A DNA stretch of 63,861 nt from Alphaproteobacteria bacterium. Lineage in GTDB: Bacteria; Pseudomonadota; Alphaproteobacteria; GCA-2731375. The notes under the pieces were generated by a model that saw only the letters and a program-made list of their open reading frames with translations, was not told where the DNA came from and did no database searches. Within the stretch, counting starts at the first letter, position 1, and every line of letters starts with the position of its first letter. Positions 62,457 through 63,861 of this stretch are shown in pieces. Made by a program: the position numbers and the translations under genes. The DNA lies in the NCBI GenBank assembly GCA_041940205.1, contig JBGTSP010000002.1:1-63861 (forward strand), written 5' to 3'.

Positions 62457-62487
62457 TTGACCTTCCCCTTGCGGGAAACACTAGATC
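62457..62487 (+). promoter_or_regulatory. MerR-family (CueR/HmrR-type) regulated promoter upstream of the P1B ATPase
   Basis: TTGACC (-35) is followed by a 19-nt spacer containing the dyad TTCCC-N5-GGGAA, then TAGATC (-10). The 19-nt spacer and ACCTTCCCCTTGC core closely recall copA-type CueR operators. Confidence 0.45.
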
Positions 62488-62539
62488 GGGGAGGCGTGCC
62501 GAACCGGGCGCGTTTTCTCTCCTCCGAGACCGTTCCGCC

Positions 62540-63861
62540 ATGAACCAGACGACCCTCGATCACGTGTCCGATCCCGCGTCCGATGCCGCCGCCGGCAGCG
62601 ACGGCGACGCGGCCCTGCCGCCCGCCGACCGCGATCCGGTCTGCGGCATGACGGTGGATCCCGCGACCGCGAAGCACAGCCATCACCATGCCGGCCGGAC
62701 CTTCCATTTCTGCAGCGGGCGCTGCCGCGAACGGTTCGCCGCCGCACCGGAAGACTTTCTCGGCCCCCGGCGCGAACCGGAACCGGCGCCGCCGGGCACG
62801 CTCTACACCTGCCCGATGGATCCGGAGATCGTGCAGGAGGGGCCCGGCGACTGTCCGGTCTGCGGCATGGCGTTGGAACCGATGATGCCCGCGGCGGAGT
62901 CTGGACCGAACCCGGAACTCGTCGACTTCCGGCGCCGGTTGCTGTTCGCGGGGCCGCTGGCGCTTGCCGTGCTGGTGCTGGAGATGGGCGGCCATCTCGG
63001 TCTGCCGTTCCAGCGCTGGCTCGGACCGGACCTGTTCCTCTGGCTGCAGGCCGGGCTGACGACGCCCATCGTCGTGCCGCTCGCCCTGCCGTTCTTCCGC
63101 CGTGGCTGGGCCTCGATCCGCAACCGCAGCGCCAACATGTGGACCCTGATCGCGCTGGGCACCGGCGCGGCCTACGGCTTCTCGCTCGTCGCCCTGCTGC
63201 TGCCGGGCCTGTTCCCGGCCGAACTGACCGACGCCCACGGCCGGCCGCCGGTCTACTTCGAATCCGCCGCGGTGATCCTGGTGCTCGTGCTGGTCGGACA
63301 GATCCTGGAACTGGCGGCCCGCGAGCGAACCGGCGATGCCCTGCGCGCCCTGATGGACCTGGCGCCGAAGACGGCGCGCCGGCTGGCGGCTGACGGCGAC
63401 GACGAGGAAATCGCGCTCGATGCCGTGCAGGCGGGCGACCGGCTGCGGGTCCGGCCGGGCGAGGCGGTGCCGGTCGACGGTATCGTGCTCGAGGGCCGCT
63501 CGGCGGTCGACGAGAGCCTGATGACCGGCGAGCCGGTGCCGGTGGCCAAGACGCCGGGCGATCCGGTCACCGGCGGCACGCTGAACGGCAGCGGTTCCTT
63601 CGTGATGCAGGCCGAACGGGTCGGCGCGGCCACCGTGCTGGCGCGGATCGTCGCCCTGGTCGCCGCCGCCCAGCGCAGCCGGGCGCCGATCCAGGCGCTG
63701 GCCGACCGGGTGGCCGGCTGGTTCGTTCCGGTGGTGGTCACCGTCGCCGTGGCTGCCTTCTTCGCCTGGCTCGCCCTGGGCCCCGAGCCGGCGCTCGGCC
63801 ATGCCCTGGTGGCGGCGATCAGCGTGCTGATCATCGCCTGCCCCTGCGCGCTCGGCCTGGC
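62540..63861 (+). CDS. heavy-metal (copper-type) P1B-ATPase, 5' partial (runs off the window)
   Basis: Read manually; not in the ORF track because no stop occurs. N-terminal TRASH/YHS-like DPVCGMTVD...[20 protein letters not shown]...[10 protein letters not shown] metal-binding module. [18 protein letters not shown] and TGGTLNG actuator motifs. The window ends in the [11 protein letters not shown] (CPC) transmembrane metal site. Confidence 0.85.
   Translation, partial: MNQTTLDHVSDPASDAAAGSDGDAALPPADRDPVCGMTVDPATAKHSHHHAGRTFHFCSGRCRERFAAAPEDFLGPRREPEPAPPGTLYTCPMDPEIVQEGPGDCPVCGMALEPMMPAAESGPNPELVDFRRRLLFAGPLALAVLVLEMGGHLGLPFQRWLGPDLFLWLQAGLTTPIVVPLALPFFRRGWASIRNRSANMWTLIALGTGAAYGFSLVALLLPGLFPAELTDAHGRPPVYFESAAVILVLVLVGQILELAARERTGDALRALMDLAPKTARRLAADGDDEEIALDAVQAGDRLRVRPGEAVPVDGIVLEGRSAVDESLMTGEPVPVAKTPGDPVTGGTLNGSGSFVMQAERVGAATVLARIVALVAAAQRSRAPIQALADRVAGWFVPVVVTVAVAAFFAWLALGPEPALGHALVAAISVLIIACPCALGL

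Noticed and set aside
61226-63802. 858-aa minus-strand ORF spanning the SnoaL, DM13 and ATPase genes
   Set aside because: It is a shadow ORF. The plus strand encodes three recognisable proteins, including a P1B ATPase with CPC and TGE-type motifs.
1-63861. CRISPR arrays, IS elements, transposases, integrases, prophage structural genes
   Set aside because: I saw no regularly spaced repeats and no DDE, serine or tyrosine recombinase motifs in any supplied translation. Absence is by eye only.

Overview
The window has two parts. Positions 1-49134 are a tRNA-flanked accessory island: it starts right after the 3' half of a tRNA (probably tRNA-Arg CCG), is patchy in composition, and has no recognisable integrase. 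Positions 49135-63861 are uniformly GC-rich housekeeping or metabolic genes.

Island contents, left to right:
- An HGGxSTG-motif protein and a membrane protein.
- A Type III-like restriction-modification operon with a DUF262/DUF1524 (GmrSD-like) gene translationally coupled between res and mod.
- An AT-rich orphan gene.
- A YprA/MrfA-like SF2 helicase.
- A UvrD-like SF1 helicase with a coupled partner.
- A MotA/MotB-like (Zorya-like) three-gene module.
- A bacterial PH-domain protein.
- A ~27.7 kb pair of divergent, tightly packed operons (21292-48951). This is the most interesting item.

The divergent operon pair encodes a private Hsp70 machine (GrpE-like, Hsp70, an Hsp70-vWA fusion, and a giant J-like/Zn-ribbon protein). 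It also encodes three paralogous Zn-ribbon GTPases, two giant helical partner proteins, several membrane proteins, and an orphan SEDS-like/class-B-PBP-like peptidoglycan synthase pair. I could not assign this combination to any named system. It is my main candidate for a new envelope-linked conflict or signalling system.

The right-hand block encodes an SMP-30-like lactonase, an isocitrate/isopropylmalate dehydrogenase family enzyme, a TauD dioxygenase, an isochorismatase, an SDR, two HIBADH-like dehydrogenases, IclR, a PgsB/CapC-like/HlyD trio, ABM, VOC, a LysR remnant, SnoaL, DM13, and the 5' part of a copper-type P1B ATPase behind a MerR-type promoter.

All functional calls come from motifs read by eye in the supplied translations. 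No searches or alignments were run.
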